Source: Planctomycetota bacterium (lineage in GTDB: Bacteria; Planctomycetota; SZUA-567; H5-PLA8). Taken from it: a DNA stretch of 10,274 bases. Location of the stretch: the NCBI GenBank assembly GCA_045863855.1, contig BTVV01000176.1:1-10274 (forward strand), given 5' to 3'. The notes under the pieces were generated by a model. That model did no database searches and was not told the origin of the DNA. It worked only from the letters and a program-made list of their open reading frames with translations. Made by a program: the position numbers and the translations under genes. Below are positions 1-7,181 of the stretch, piece by piece; within the stretch, counting starts at the first letter, position 1, and each line of letters starts with the position of its first letter.

Positions 1-46
1 GGATCATGGCGGCCTAGATAGGGGGGTTCAAGAGGCGCGTGCGCGG

Positions 47-688
47 ATGGAGTCCCGGGCCATGGGGGTCAAGTTGCAGCAGGGAGTAGTCTTAGATCTT
101 GTCCGCGGACTGGAGCCATACTTTAAAAATCAGAGCAATAAACAACTTTGGGGATGGTGGCGCGCTGGGTTGAACGTCGCCGCATTAGAGCTGCTTAGTA
201 AAGACAAGGGATCCCAAAACACCAACAGGGGCGACGCCGACATCCAGCGTGGAATTCACGATTCGCTCGAAGCACTGTTGGTCTCGCTTGGCTTAGCGGG
301 TATGCCGACGCCGGATCAGAATAAAGTCAAAAAATTGATTGCCGAGGAGTTGAATGGCTGGATCAATCAATGGATTGGTGACCATCATCCGTTGCCCGGC
401 GATCCAGACCTCATACTCATAAAGGCACAGCATGCCGGCGATGCGTTTCCGGACGAAGCGCTTTTACGCAAACTGGGCTGCAAACCTGCGGGCATTGAAT
501 TCTTGCGTTTGCTTTACGACCGTCGCCCTGAGCCGGTCAGTTATGATGCAGCGAGTGAGCATTTTAAAGTCTCTCCAAACGCATTTGCCCAACGAATCAG
601 AGACATCCCAAAACCAGTTAAGGATATTCTGTTGATGGATAAGGGTCCCAATAAACCGAAGGCGTGGCGTCCCCTGCCGACCGATTAG
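47..688 (+). CDS. Hypothetical protein, probable transcriptional regulator with C-terminal (winged) helix-turn-helix; may be 5'-truncated by the window
   Basis: 213-aa ORF. The C-terminus EFLRLLYDRRPEPVSYDAASEHFKVSPNAFAQRIRDI has a wHTH-like helix pattern. The frame has no stop from position 2 to the ATG at 47, so the true start may lie upstream. Visibly more AT-rich than downstream genes. Confidence 0.6.
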   Translation: MESRAMGVKLQQGVVLDLVRGLEPYFKNQSNKQLWGWWRAGLNVAALELLSKDKGSQNTNRGDADIQRGIHDSLEALLVSLGLAGMPTPDQNKVKKLIAEELNGWINQWIGDHHPLPGDPDLILIKAQHAGDAFPDEALLRKLGCKPAGIEFLRLLYDRRPEPVSYDAASEHFKVSPNAFAQRIRDIPKPVKDILLMDKGPNKPKAWRPLPTD

Positions 689-705
689 GAAAATCTAATC
701 GGTCG
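678..705. promoter_or_regulatory. Perfect 11-bp inverted repeat, operator-like or hairpin
   Basis: CGACCGATTAG (678-688), spacer GAAAAT, CTAATCGGTCG (695-705). It overlaps the stop codon of ORF 47..688. A further CTAAT copy lies at 707-711 and a -10-like TATGAT at 729-734. Confidence 0.6.
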
Positions 706-784
706 CCTAATTGCACCCCCACAATCTATATGATTTGCTCTCCCAGTGCGGCAACGAGGATTCACCGCCGCAGGGAGATAGAGC

Positions 785-1021
785 ATGGTGTTGCCCATTG
801 ACGTCATACGTGACCGCATGGGGCGCGTAAGCTACCGCTGGGGCGATGAGTTGCACGCGGTCGGGTTGCCTCCTCATGTTCAAGATGCGGCTGCGCAGCT
901 TGGTGTCCCCGCCAAAACGCTCCGGAGCCGACTTCAGCGCGGCGATCGTGGCGAGCGGTTGACGCGCGCGCTCCAGCGAAGACCGCACCACACCCAACGC
1001 AAAAAACGCAATCGAAAATAG
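785..1021 (+). CDS. Small HTH DNA-binding protein (excisionase/phage regulator-like)
   Basis: 78 aa with SD GGGAG at 773-777. VQDAAAQLGVPAKTLRSRLQRG is a typical small phage-type HTH. Basic C-terminal tail. Sits directly upstream of a primase gene, as in satellites and integrative elements. Confidence 0.7.
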   Translation: MVLPIDVIRDRMGRVSYRWGDELHAVGLPPHVQDAAAQLGVPAKTLRSRLQRGDRGERLTRALQRRPHHTQRKKRNRK

Positions 1022-1029
1022 ACAAATAA

Positions 1030-1063
1030 ACCGAACGCCGCGGGGGCAACCGCGGCGTTCGGT
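1030..1063 (-). terminator. Strong hairpin, possible intrinsic terminator in the minus direction or attenuator
   Basis: Perfect 14-bp stem ACCGAACGCCGCGG / CCGCGGCGTTCGGT with loop GGGCAA. The A-rich AAATAAA just upstream (1024-1030) gives a U-tract on the minus strand only. Confidence 0.6.
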
Positions 1064-1106
1064 CGCGCGTGAGCGCGAAGCCCCTGATTGCAGCAGGAGC
1101 AGAATC

Positions 1107-3830
1107 ATGATATCCGAAGATCACGAGCAAGGAAAGTCCGAGGCCGGGCGCGCCGAAGATCTTTCGTTGCCGAAAGGGTTTCTCAAGGCGCGCGGTAGAC
1201 GTTTGTCGCTCGCGGACGAGAAGGCGCTGCTCCAGACCCGTGGATTTACACGCGAAACCCTCCAGCGCCTGGGGCTTTTCTCGGTCGAGGAGGCCGACCT
1301 AGGGCTACTCGGCGTTTCGCTTCCATATAGCGAACTGCCCTCCACCATCGCCATTCCGTACCATGACACTGCACAGGGCGATTACGTGCTGGCCCGCCTC
1401 CACAAGGTCAGCGGCGAGGGATTGCGCTACCCTCCGTACACAACGCCGATGCCTAGCCCCGCTCTTTGCGACATCGTGATTGCGGAGTCGGAGCTGAAGG
1501 CTGCGATGGCTTTTCAGCTCGGAGACCAAGGTGTGGGTCTCCAAGGCGCCCAGAGCTTCGTCAATCGGGTGCCGGAACTGGCCAACACCATTCGCGGGAT
1601 GGGGCTGGATGGGCGGCGCGTATTTATGGTCCCGGATCATGAGTATTTGATCCAAGACGGTCAGCGCGAAGTCGCCGAGGCCTTAATTGCGATGGTGCGT
1701 GTCGCGCACGCTCTGAAGATGGACTTGGGCGTAGACGTTCGCGTCATCCTCTTGCCTGAACGATTCCTGGTGGACGGCCATACTTCCGGTGGGCATCCGA
1801 AAGTGAAGGCCGACTTGGACGCGGCCGTGGCTGCGGGACTCACCGAGGCCGAATGGAGAGACATTAAGGATAGGGCTTTCGCGGTCCCGGACCTCCCGTT
1901 CCCGACGTGGGCGATTGCCAAGGCGATGGTTTTGGCAGCGCCTGACGATTTCCTGGCCGGGGAGCACCTCAAGGCGCGCCTGCAGGGCATGGTGATCGAT
2001 GATGCGATGGAAGTGTTGAAGGCGGTGGTGTCTGCATTGCGTTCCCGGTGTTTTGATGCTGCGAGCGAGCGCACCGACGAAATTCTTCTGGGCGTGTACC
2101 TTCACACCACCGTGGAGTGGGCCAACAGAAACGAACTCAAGCACGTCACGATCAAGGGACTGCGCGACCTACTCAAGCGACTCGGGGAGGCGCTCCCGCC
2201 TGAGGCCGCGGGAGGATTGCTCGCGCATTGCATGGTTGAAAAGGAGCATGGGGTTGTCCTCGTCAAGAGCAGCGGCCCTGCTGAAGTAGTCGCGCCTTTC
2301 CTCCTGCGTTCGTGCCGGTACGGACACGTTCAGTATGTCAGCGGCCCGCGCGTTCGCAGTTACCGAGTGAACCTTGAACTGCGACACAACGGAAAGTGTC
2401 AGAAACGCGAAGTGGACATCACTGGGAATTTGTTCGAAGCCGAGCGGTACACCGCCGCCGATCCAGATCTTACGATCGCCGATACGAGGAGATTTCGCAT
2501 GTACGCTGGCGCCAAACTTCAGCAGGCTGGATTCCAGACCGCCGATCCGACGTTGGATCGCCCGTTATTCGTGGGCCTGCTGCGCTACGAGGACCGCTTG
2601 CTCGCGCTCACCGACACGTCGTTTCCGCGCCGGGACCAGGACTGTTGGTACGACTCGCCCGCCTTCCCCAAGGACGGCGATGCCGCGCGCGCCTTTGCGG
2701 AGATTGCAGGCATCACGCGAGACGCCGACATTGCGTTCGTGCATGCACTCGGCGCGCCACTGAAGGCTGTGCTGGGCTTTTACCCCCTCGCCAGCTGGAT
2801 CGGGCACCGCTACAGCGGCAAAACGACCGTAGCCGAGGCGACCGAAGCGCGGACGTGCCTAGCGCGCTTCTCGGCCAACGATCAGTTTTCAAGCCGTTAC
2901 CGGATTCTTAGGGCCGTGGGCAACCACAATCTGGCCGTCATGGCCGACGAGATGCATCGCCTGGATGAGCGCTGGAAAGGTGCGGCGTTGGCGGCATTCA
3001 ACACCTGCTACAACGGCGCCATCTGTACCCACGGTGTTGAGGGGCACTACTACACCGCAGGATGCGTGATCATGCTGGGCCAGGATCGCGCGTTTTCCGA
3101 TGAAGCGCTTTTGGCCAAACAGATCGTGATCCACTTTGACCAGCAGAACATTTCCGAGGCGGGAGTCCACGTGGCCAAGCAGAACCGGACGGCGTTTCCG
3201 CTGGTCGCATGGGTGGAGTTTCTGGCGAAAGAGGCGGCCGGGGCGCAGGAACTGCTTGCCGAACAGAAGTCGGTGCTCGAAGGAAAGCTGCAAGAGCGCG
3301 GGGTTCGATTTGTTTCGACGGACCGAACCTTGGTCAACTACGCCGCTGTGCTGGTGGCCGCTCAATACCTCAACAAGTTTGGAGTGCAGTTGGAGATCAC
3401 GGATCGGGTGGCAGACCTTTGCGCACTGCACCTAGCCGGCAAGTTGCACAAGCAGGACGAGCACGCCACCGCGCGCTCGGCTGCGCAACAGTTCTTGGTT
3501 GACTTATTGGAGGCGCTCGGCAACACCCGGGATCGCCAAGCGATGGAGGGCGACTTTGACATTGTGGCGGGTGAGGGGGTTTGGATTCGACTTGCCGCCA
3601 CCTTGAGAGTGCTCCGCCGGGGTCGGCCCCAGTCCTACGATGGGATGCAAGAGGCGAGAATGGGCGAGGCCCTAGCGAAGGAGTTCCGCCCTAAAGGCCT
3701 CACGAAGGCCAAGCACCAATTCGCGGCGGGGCGATTCGATGGCTTGCTCATCCCGGAGTCCCTGTGCGTGGAACTGGGAGTGGAGTTCAATGCCGGTTCC
3801 GCGCCCCAACGAGAGGATGGGCTCGTGTAA
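1107..3830 (+). CDS. Primase-helicase fusion: N-terminal Toprim-like (DUF3854-type) primase and C-terminal P-loop NTPase/helicase (DUF927/Cch/SF3-like) with putative terminal wHTH
   Basis: 907 aa with SD AGGAG at 1095-1099. Primase-like segments: RGFTRETLQRLGL, IVIAESELKA (Toprim glutamate motif, 1473-1502), GVGLQG, VFMVPDHE (D at 1635) and DLDAAV. Walker A GHRYSGKT at 2802-2825, Walker B VMADE at 2937-2951, then CVIMLGQD, DEALLAK and DRTLVNY. Confidence 0.8.
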   Translation: MISEDHEQGKSEAGRAEDLSLPKGFLKARGRRLSLADEKALLQTRGFTRETLQRLGLFSVEEADLGLLGVSLPYSELPSTIAIPYHDTAQGDYVLARLHKVSGEGLRYPPYTTPMPSPALCDIVIAESELKAAMAFQLGDQGVGLQGAQSFVNRVPELANTIRGMGLDGRRVFMVPDHEYLIQDGQREVAEALIAMVRVAHALKMDLGVDVRVILLPERFLVDGHTSGGHPKVKADLDAAVAAGLTEAEWRDIKDRAFAVPDLPFPTWAIAKAMVLAAPDDFLAGEHLKARLQGMVIDDAMEVLKAVVSALRSRCFDAASERTDEILLGVYLHTTVEWANRNELKHVTIKGLRDLLKRLGEALPPEAAGGLLAHCMVEKEHGVVLVKSSGPAEVVAPFLLRSCRYGHVQYVSGPRVRSYRVNLELRHNGKCQKREVDITGNLFEAERYTAADPDLTIADTRRFRMYAGAKLQQAGFQTADPTLDRPLFVGLLRYEDRLLALTDTSFPRRDQDCWYDSPAFPKDGDAARAFAEIAGITRDADIAFVHALGAPLKAVLGFYPLASWIGHRYSGKTTVAEATEARTCLARFSANDQFSSRYRILRAVGNHNLAVMADEMHRLDERWKGAALAAFNTCYNGAICTHGVEGHYYTAGCVIMLGQDRAFSDEALLAKQIVIHFDQQNISEAGVHVAKQNRTAFPLVAWVEFLAKEAAGAQELLAEQKSVLEGKLQERGVRFVSTDRTLVNYAAVLVAAQYLNKFGVQLEITDRVADLCALHLAGKLHKQDEHATARSAAQQFLVDLLEALGNTRDRQAMEGDFDIVAGEGVWIRLAATLRVLRRGRPQSYDGMQEARMGEALAKEFRPKGLTKAKHQFAAGRFDGLLIPESLCVELGVEFNAGSAPQREDGLV

Positions 3831-3831
3831 C

Positions 3832-4079
3832 TGTCGGAGAGGTGTCGGGGTACTCCGACACTGTAAGCTATTACTCTCAAATTAGTTACGTAGTGACGGG
3901 GTGGTCGTAGTGAAAATGCCCCCTCGCCATATACGCGGCAACTGAAGAGGGACGGGGAGAGGAAGAAGATGCATATAAAAGGAGAGCCTAGCAGTTTTGC
4001 CCCGACAGCCCCGACACTACGCAACCCGCACGTAGATCTGGGGTTGCAGGTACGGAGTACCCCGACACCCCCCCGACAC
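3832..4079. repeat. Nested inverted repeats with CCGACA iterons; putative replication origin
   Basis: Outer IR 3832-3857 vs 4053-4078 matches 24/26. Inner IR 3889-3901 vs 4009-4021 matches 12/13. CCGACA occurs on + at 3855, 4002, 4011, 4062 and 4073, and as TGTCGG at 3832 and 3843. Internal palindrome at 3842-3861. Starts right after the primase-helicase stop codon. Confidence 0.75.
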
Positions 4080-6635
4080 GAGACCTTAAGCGACGCCGGA
4101 GTATCCGGGTTGGTTCGCCGGCTGACGCGCGCACCCCAAGCGGTCCTGTTGGACACCGAGACGCTTGGTCTCGGCGGCATCCCATTCCTGATTCAGTTGG
4201 AAGACCCGGACACGGGAACGCCGCTGGTCATTCGCGCCCGCGACCACACCCCCGCGCGGATCTTGGAGTTGCTTGGGGCGCTTGCCTTGCCCCACCTGAC
4301 CTTGGTTGGACACAACCTGATCTTCGACCTGGCGAAGCTCAGCCACTTGGCCACCGTCTGCAAGGCGCTCGTGGAAGCGGGGCAGGGTTGGTCCGAAGAG
4401 GCGGTCTGGAACGCTGAGCGGATATGGCGACCTGGACAGTGTTCCTTCGAAGAAAGGCTTAAGCAGCTTTGGCTGCTCTGGCCCCGTCAGTGCGTGGACA
4501 CACTGGTTGCCGCGCACCGCCTGCCTCCATTCGCGAACGAACTGCAAAGCAAGTCGACGATCGCATTCACCCAAATCCCCGCCGCAGCCGTTCCGCGCTT
4601 GTTCGAGAAGTTTAAGGAAAACCTAAACCAGGATCAAGAAGGCTTGGAAGCCCGCTGGCGCCTGGGGGATCGCCTGTCGTGGGCCTGGAACGACAAACCC
4701 CATAGGCACGAAAAAGCCCGCCGCGAAGCCGCGATCAAAAGTCACGACTACCGCGTGCTGGCAGACGTTCGATTCACGCTGGACTATCCGGGCGCCTACA
4801 GTCTGAAAACCCTTGCACCCTTGTTGGGTTACGCGGGCCTTGCCGAGCATCAGGATTTCGAGGGAGTGTTTGGCCGCGCGGAGGAAAGCTGCCCGGCCTG
4901 GACGGAGCGGGGTGGGCCACAGGCCCGTGAAGTCGGCCACGCCGACGCTTGGGCCAAGTCACTGGACCTGGAGCACGACGAATCGTTCCTGCGTTACGCC
5001 GCCGCGGATATCGCGATGTTGCGCGTGGTGTACGACCACTACCGCCAGCAGACCGGCTTCGATGCGCTGGGGCACGACATGGCCCTCATACCCTGGGCTG
5101 CCGCCGTGCGCCTGACGGGCATCCACGTGGATGAGGCCGAGCGGGACCGCGCCGCGAAGGCCTACGAGGCTGCCTGCAACGAAGGCATTGCCCATTGCCA
5201 CGCGCTGGGGTTGGCAAACATAAACAGCAGCGATCAAGTGATCGAGTTTGTGAATAAGCATGTGATTGAGCGCGCCAATGCGATCATGCCAGTGGAAGAA
5301 GATGACTTAGAGGAGGTCGAAAACAGCCGCAGGGAGGACACCCTAGAGCCCCTCCTGAAACGCTTGGAAGCCCAGAAGGGCGCCGACGACGCGTGCCGCA
5401 ACTTGCGGATGCTGATCCACGCTCGCGTTTTCGACAAGAAGCTTCAGTTCGTGCGGAACATACACGGCGACTCGGTCTTCCCTATGTTCCACATCACGGG
5501 AACCGAGACCGACCGCCTGACCTGCACGAACCCGAACAGCCAGCAGATGCCGTCCCCGGATCGCGAGACCGACCTGGAACGCGCGCAGGATCTGCATTTC
5601 CGTGCGATGTTCACTTCCCCAAACGGATGGAAAATGCGCACCGGCGACTTCGACCAGTTAGAACTGCGCCTCAAATCGGGCGTAACCCGGGACCCCTTTA
5701 CCCAGGCGATTTACGCGCGCGAGACCAACGAAGATCCGGCCGACGAGCACAGCGAAACAGCGCTCAAGATTTTTAACGCGGAGCTTCACGCCGTAGTTCC
5801 GGGCGCCACCGATGCGGAGTTATTGTGCCTGCTCAAGTCCAAGGATAAACGCGTGAAAGCGTTCCGGGGAAAGGCCAAGCCAGTGGGCTTCGGCATCGCC
5901 TACGGCGCATCCGAGTTTGGCATCAGCCGTAGCGCCGGCTGCAGCGTGGAGGAAGCGCGGCGGATTCTGGATCAGTATTGGCGCGTCTGTCCCACCACCA
6001 AGGCGGCCATCCACGCCACGCATGAAATGTTCGCCATTTTGAGAGGTGCGGGCGGGTGGGGAATCCAAGTGGGAAATCCGAAGGCGCTGGGAATCACCAA
6101 CCCCGTCGGAGTTTCGAGATATTTTCGGATCGCGCTGCGAATGATTCGGATCGCGGGGCTCATGGCCAATGCGGCTCGGGATGTCAACGGGCGCAGTTAC
6201 CTGGAGCGGGAGATTGTGGGTCCTGGGGCTGGATTGGCACAAGTCCAGCGGGGTACCGACAGGATGACCGGCGGAGCACGTACCGTGACGGCCGTGGGCG
6301 CGCTCAGGAGCGCGCTGCGTGGGGGTGCGTTTGCCCTACAGGGAAAAGTTCAACGCCGCTCCTTCAATTTCTTGATTCAGTCGTTCGGTTCGTACCTGAC
6401 AAAACGCCTGCAAGGGGAAGTGTACGCGCTGATTCAACCAGGATTGCGGCGCGCCGAGGACCTTCCGGTGCTGCCGGGGCTTCAAGTCCACGACGAGATA
6501 CACCAGTACACGCGGGGTGATCAGGACGCAAGTATCCACGAGATCGTAGAGCGATTCAGAGCCGAGGCCAGCCGGCTGGTAGGTTGCCCGATCCGATTCA
6601 AGTTCGAGACCGTACGTTCGTGGGCCGAAAAGTAG
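3969..6635 (+). CDS. DNA polymerase family A with 3'-5' exonuclease (phage/mobile-element type; no 5'-3' exonuclease). True start may be TTG at 4110
   Basis: ExoI LLDTET (D at 4152), ExoII GHNLIFD (4308-4328), ExoIII YAAAD (4995-5009). Polymerase motifs: TETDRL...NPNSQQMP (from 5502), motif A DFDQLELR (5646-5669), motif B RGKAKPVGFGIAYG (5865-5906), NFLIQS (from 6366), motif C VHDE (6486-6497). Alternative start TTG at 4110 has SD GGAG at 4098-4101. Confidence 0.93.
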   Translation: MHIKGEPSSFAPTAPTLRNPHVDLGLQVRSTPTPPRHETLSDAGVSGLVRRLTRAPQAVLLDTETLGLGGIPFLIQLEDPDTGTPLVIRARDHTPARILELLGALALPHLTLVGHNLIFDLAKLSHLATVCKALVEAGQGWSEEAVWNAERIWRPGQCSFEERLKQLWLLWPRQCVDTLVAAHRLPPFANELQSKSTIAFTQIPAAAVPRLFEKFKENLNQDQEGLEARWRLGDRLSWAWNDKPHRHEKARREAAIKSHDYRVLADVRFTLDYPGAYSLKTLAPLLGYAGLAEHQDFEGVFGRAEESCPAWTERGGPQAREVGHADAWAKSLDLEHDESFLRYAAADIAMLRVVYDHYRQQTGFDALGHDMALIPWAAAVRLTGIHVDEAERDRAAKAYEAACNEGIAHCHALGLANINSSDQVIEFVNKHVIERANAIMPVEEDDLEEVENSRREDTLEPLLKRLEAQKGADDACRNLRMLIHARVFDKKLQFVRNIHGDSVFPMFHITGTETDRLTCTNPNSQQMPSPDRETDLERAQDLHFRAMFTSPNGWKMRTGDFDQLELRLKSGVTRDPFTQAIYARETNEDPADEHSETALKIFNAELHAVVPGATDAELLCLLKSKDKRVKAFRGKAKPVGFGIAYGASEFGISRSAGCSVEEARRILDQYWRVCPTTKAAIHATHEMFAILRGAGGWGIQVGNPKALGITNPVGVSRYFRIALRMIRIAGLMANAARDVNGRSYLEREIVGPGAGLAQVQRGTDRMTGGARTVTAVGALRSALRGGAFALQGKVQRRSFNFLIQSFGSYLTKRLQGEVYALIQPGLRRAEDLPVLPGLQVHDEIHQYTRGDQDASIHEIVERFRAEASRLVGCPIRFKFETVRSWAEK

Positions 6636-6646
6636 GAGTGATCCGA

Positions 6647-6877
6647 ATGCCACACCGTACCTCTAAGCGCGATTACCTAGAAGAGCCCAACCGAGATCCC
6701 CTTGCGATCCTCACCCCCGAAGCGCGTGCCGTCTACGTGGTGATGCCCGCTTGCTACAGGCGCTTCAAGATCATGGAACTGTTGGCTTACGAAGCCGGCC
6801 TCAAGAATCCCCGGCGTAACCAGTCCTTCGCCGATCTCTTCGAGCTCGTGAAGCGCCGCTGCGAGCACCTGCCGTGA
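6647..6877 (+). CDS. Small hypothetical protein (76 aa)
   Basis: ATG at 6647 is preceded by SD AGGAG (6634-6638), which overlaps the polymerase stop codon. It is the 3' part of listed ORF 6584..6877. No recognisable motif. Confidence 0.6.
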   Translation: MPHRTSKRDYLEEPNRDPLAILTPEARAVYVVMPACYRRFKIMELLAYEAGLKNPRRNQSFADLFELVKRRCEHLP

Positions 6878-7181
6878 TGGGCAGCCGGAGTTTGCTACGG
6901 ATGCGAAGTCCTGAGCGCCTTCGCGCGCTGTCTAAATTCGGGTCGATTCCGCGTTACAATTTAATGTGCACGCCTCGCCCTATTTTGGGCTGATCCACGA
7001 AGCATTCCACCTGCCGGTTTCCGGCCAGCGCTCTGCGACGCCCCGCCTCGCTCGCCGGTCGCTAGTGCTGCCGGCCCCGCCACGCCCATTCCCCGGCCTT
7101 TCCCCGACGCGCACTTCGCTAAATCCCACCGACCACGCCGCAGCGCTGCCCGGCCACCGGCCTTTTTCGGAGGCCATTTCC

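Noticed and set aside
3832..4079. CRISPR array or MITE/IS
   Set aside because: The repeats are short, inverted and nested, with no repeat-spacer period. No target-site duplication or transposase was seen.
3969..4109. N-terminal 47 codons of the listed PolA ORF as real protein
   Set aside because: Doubtful. They translate the iteron region into low-complexity Pro/Thr sequence, and a TTG with an SD at 4110 sits just before ExoI. The ATG start is not fully excluded.
3969..6635. Housekeeping polA
   Set aside because: No 5'-3' exonuclease domain, divergent motifs and a mobile-element context, so no gene symbol was assigned.
1121..6653. Many minus-strand and alternate-frame ORFs of 60-180 aa over the two large genes
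   Set aside because: Shadow ORFs expected in GC-rich coding DNA; they have no motifs and overlap well-supported genes.
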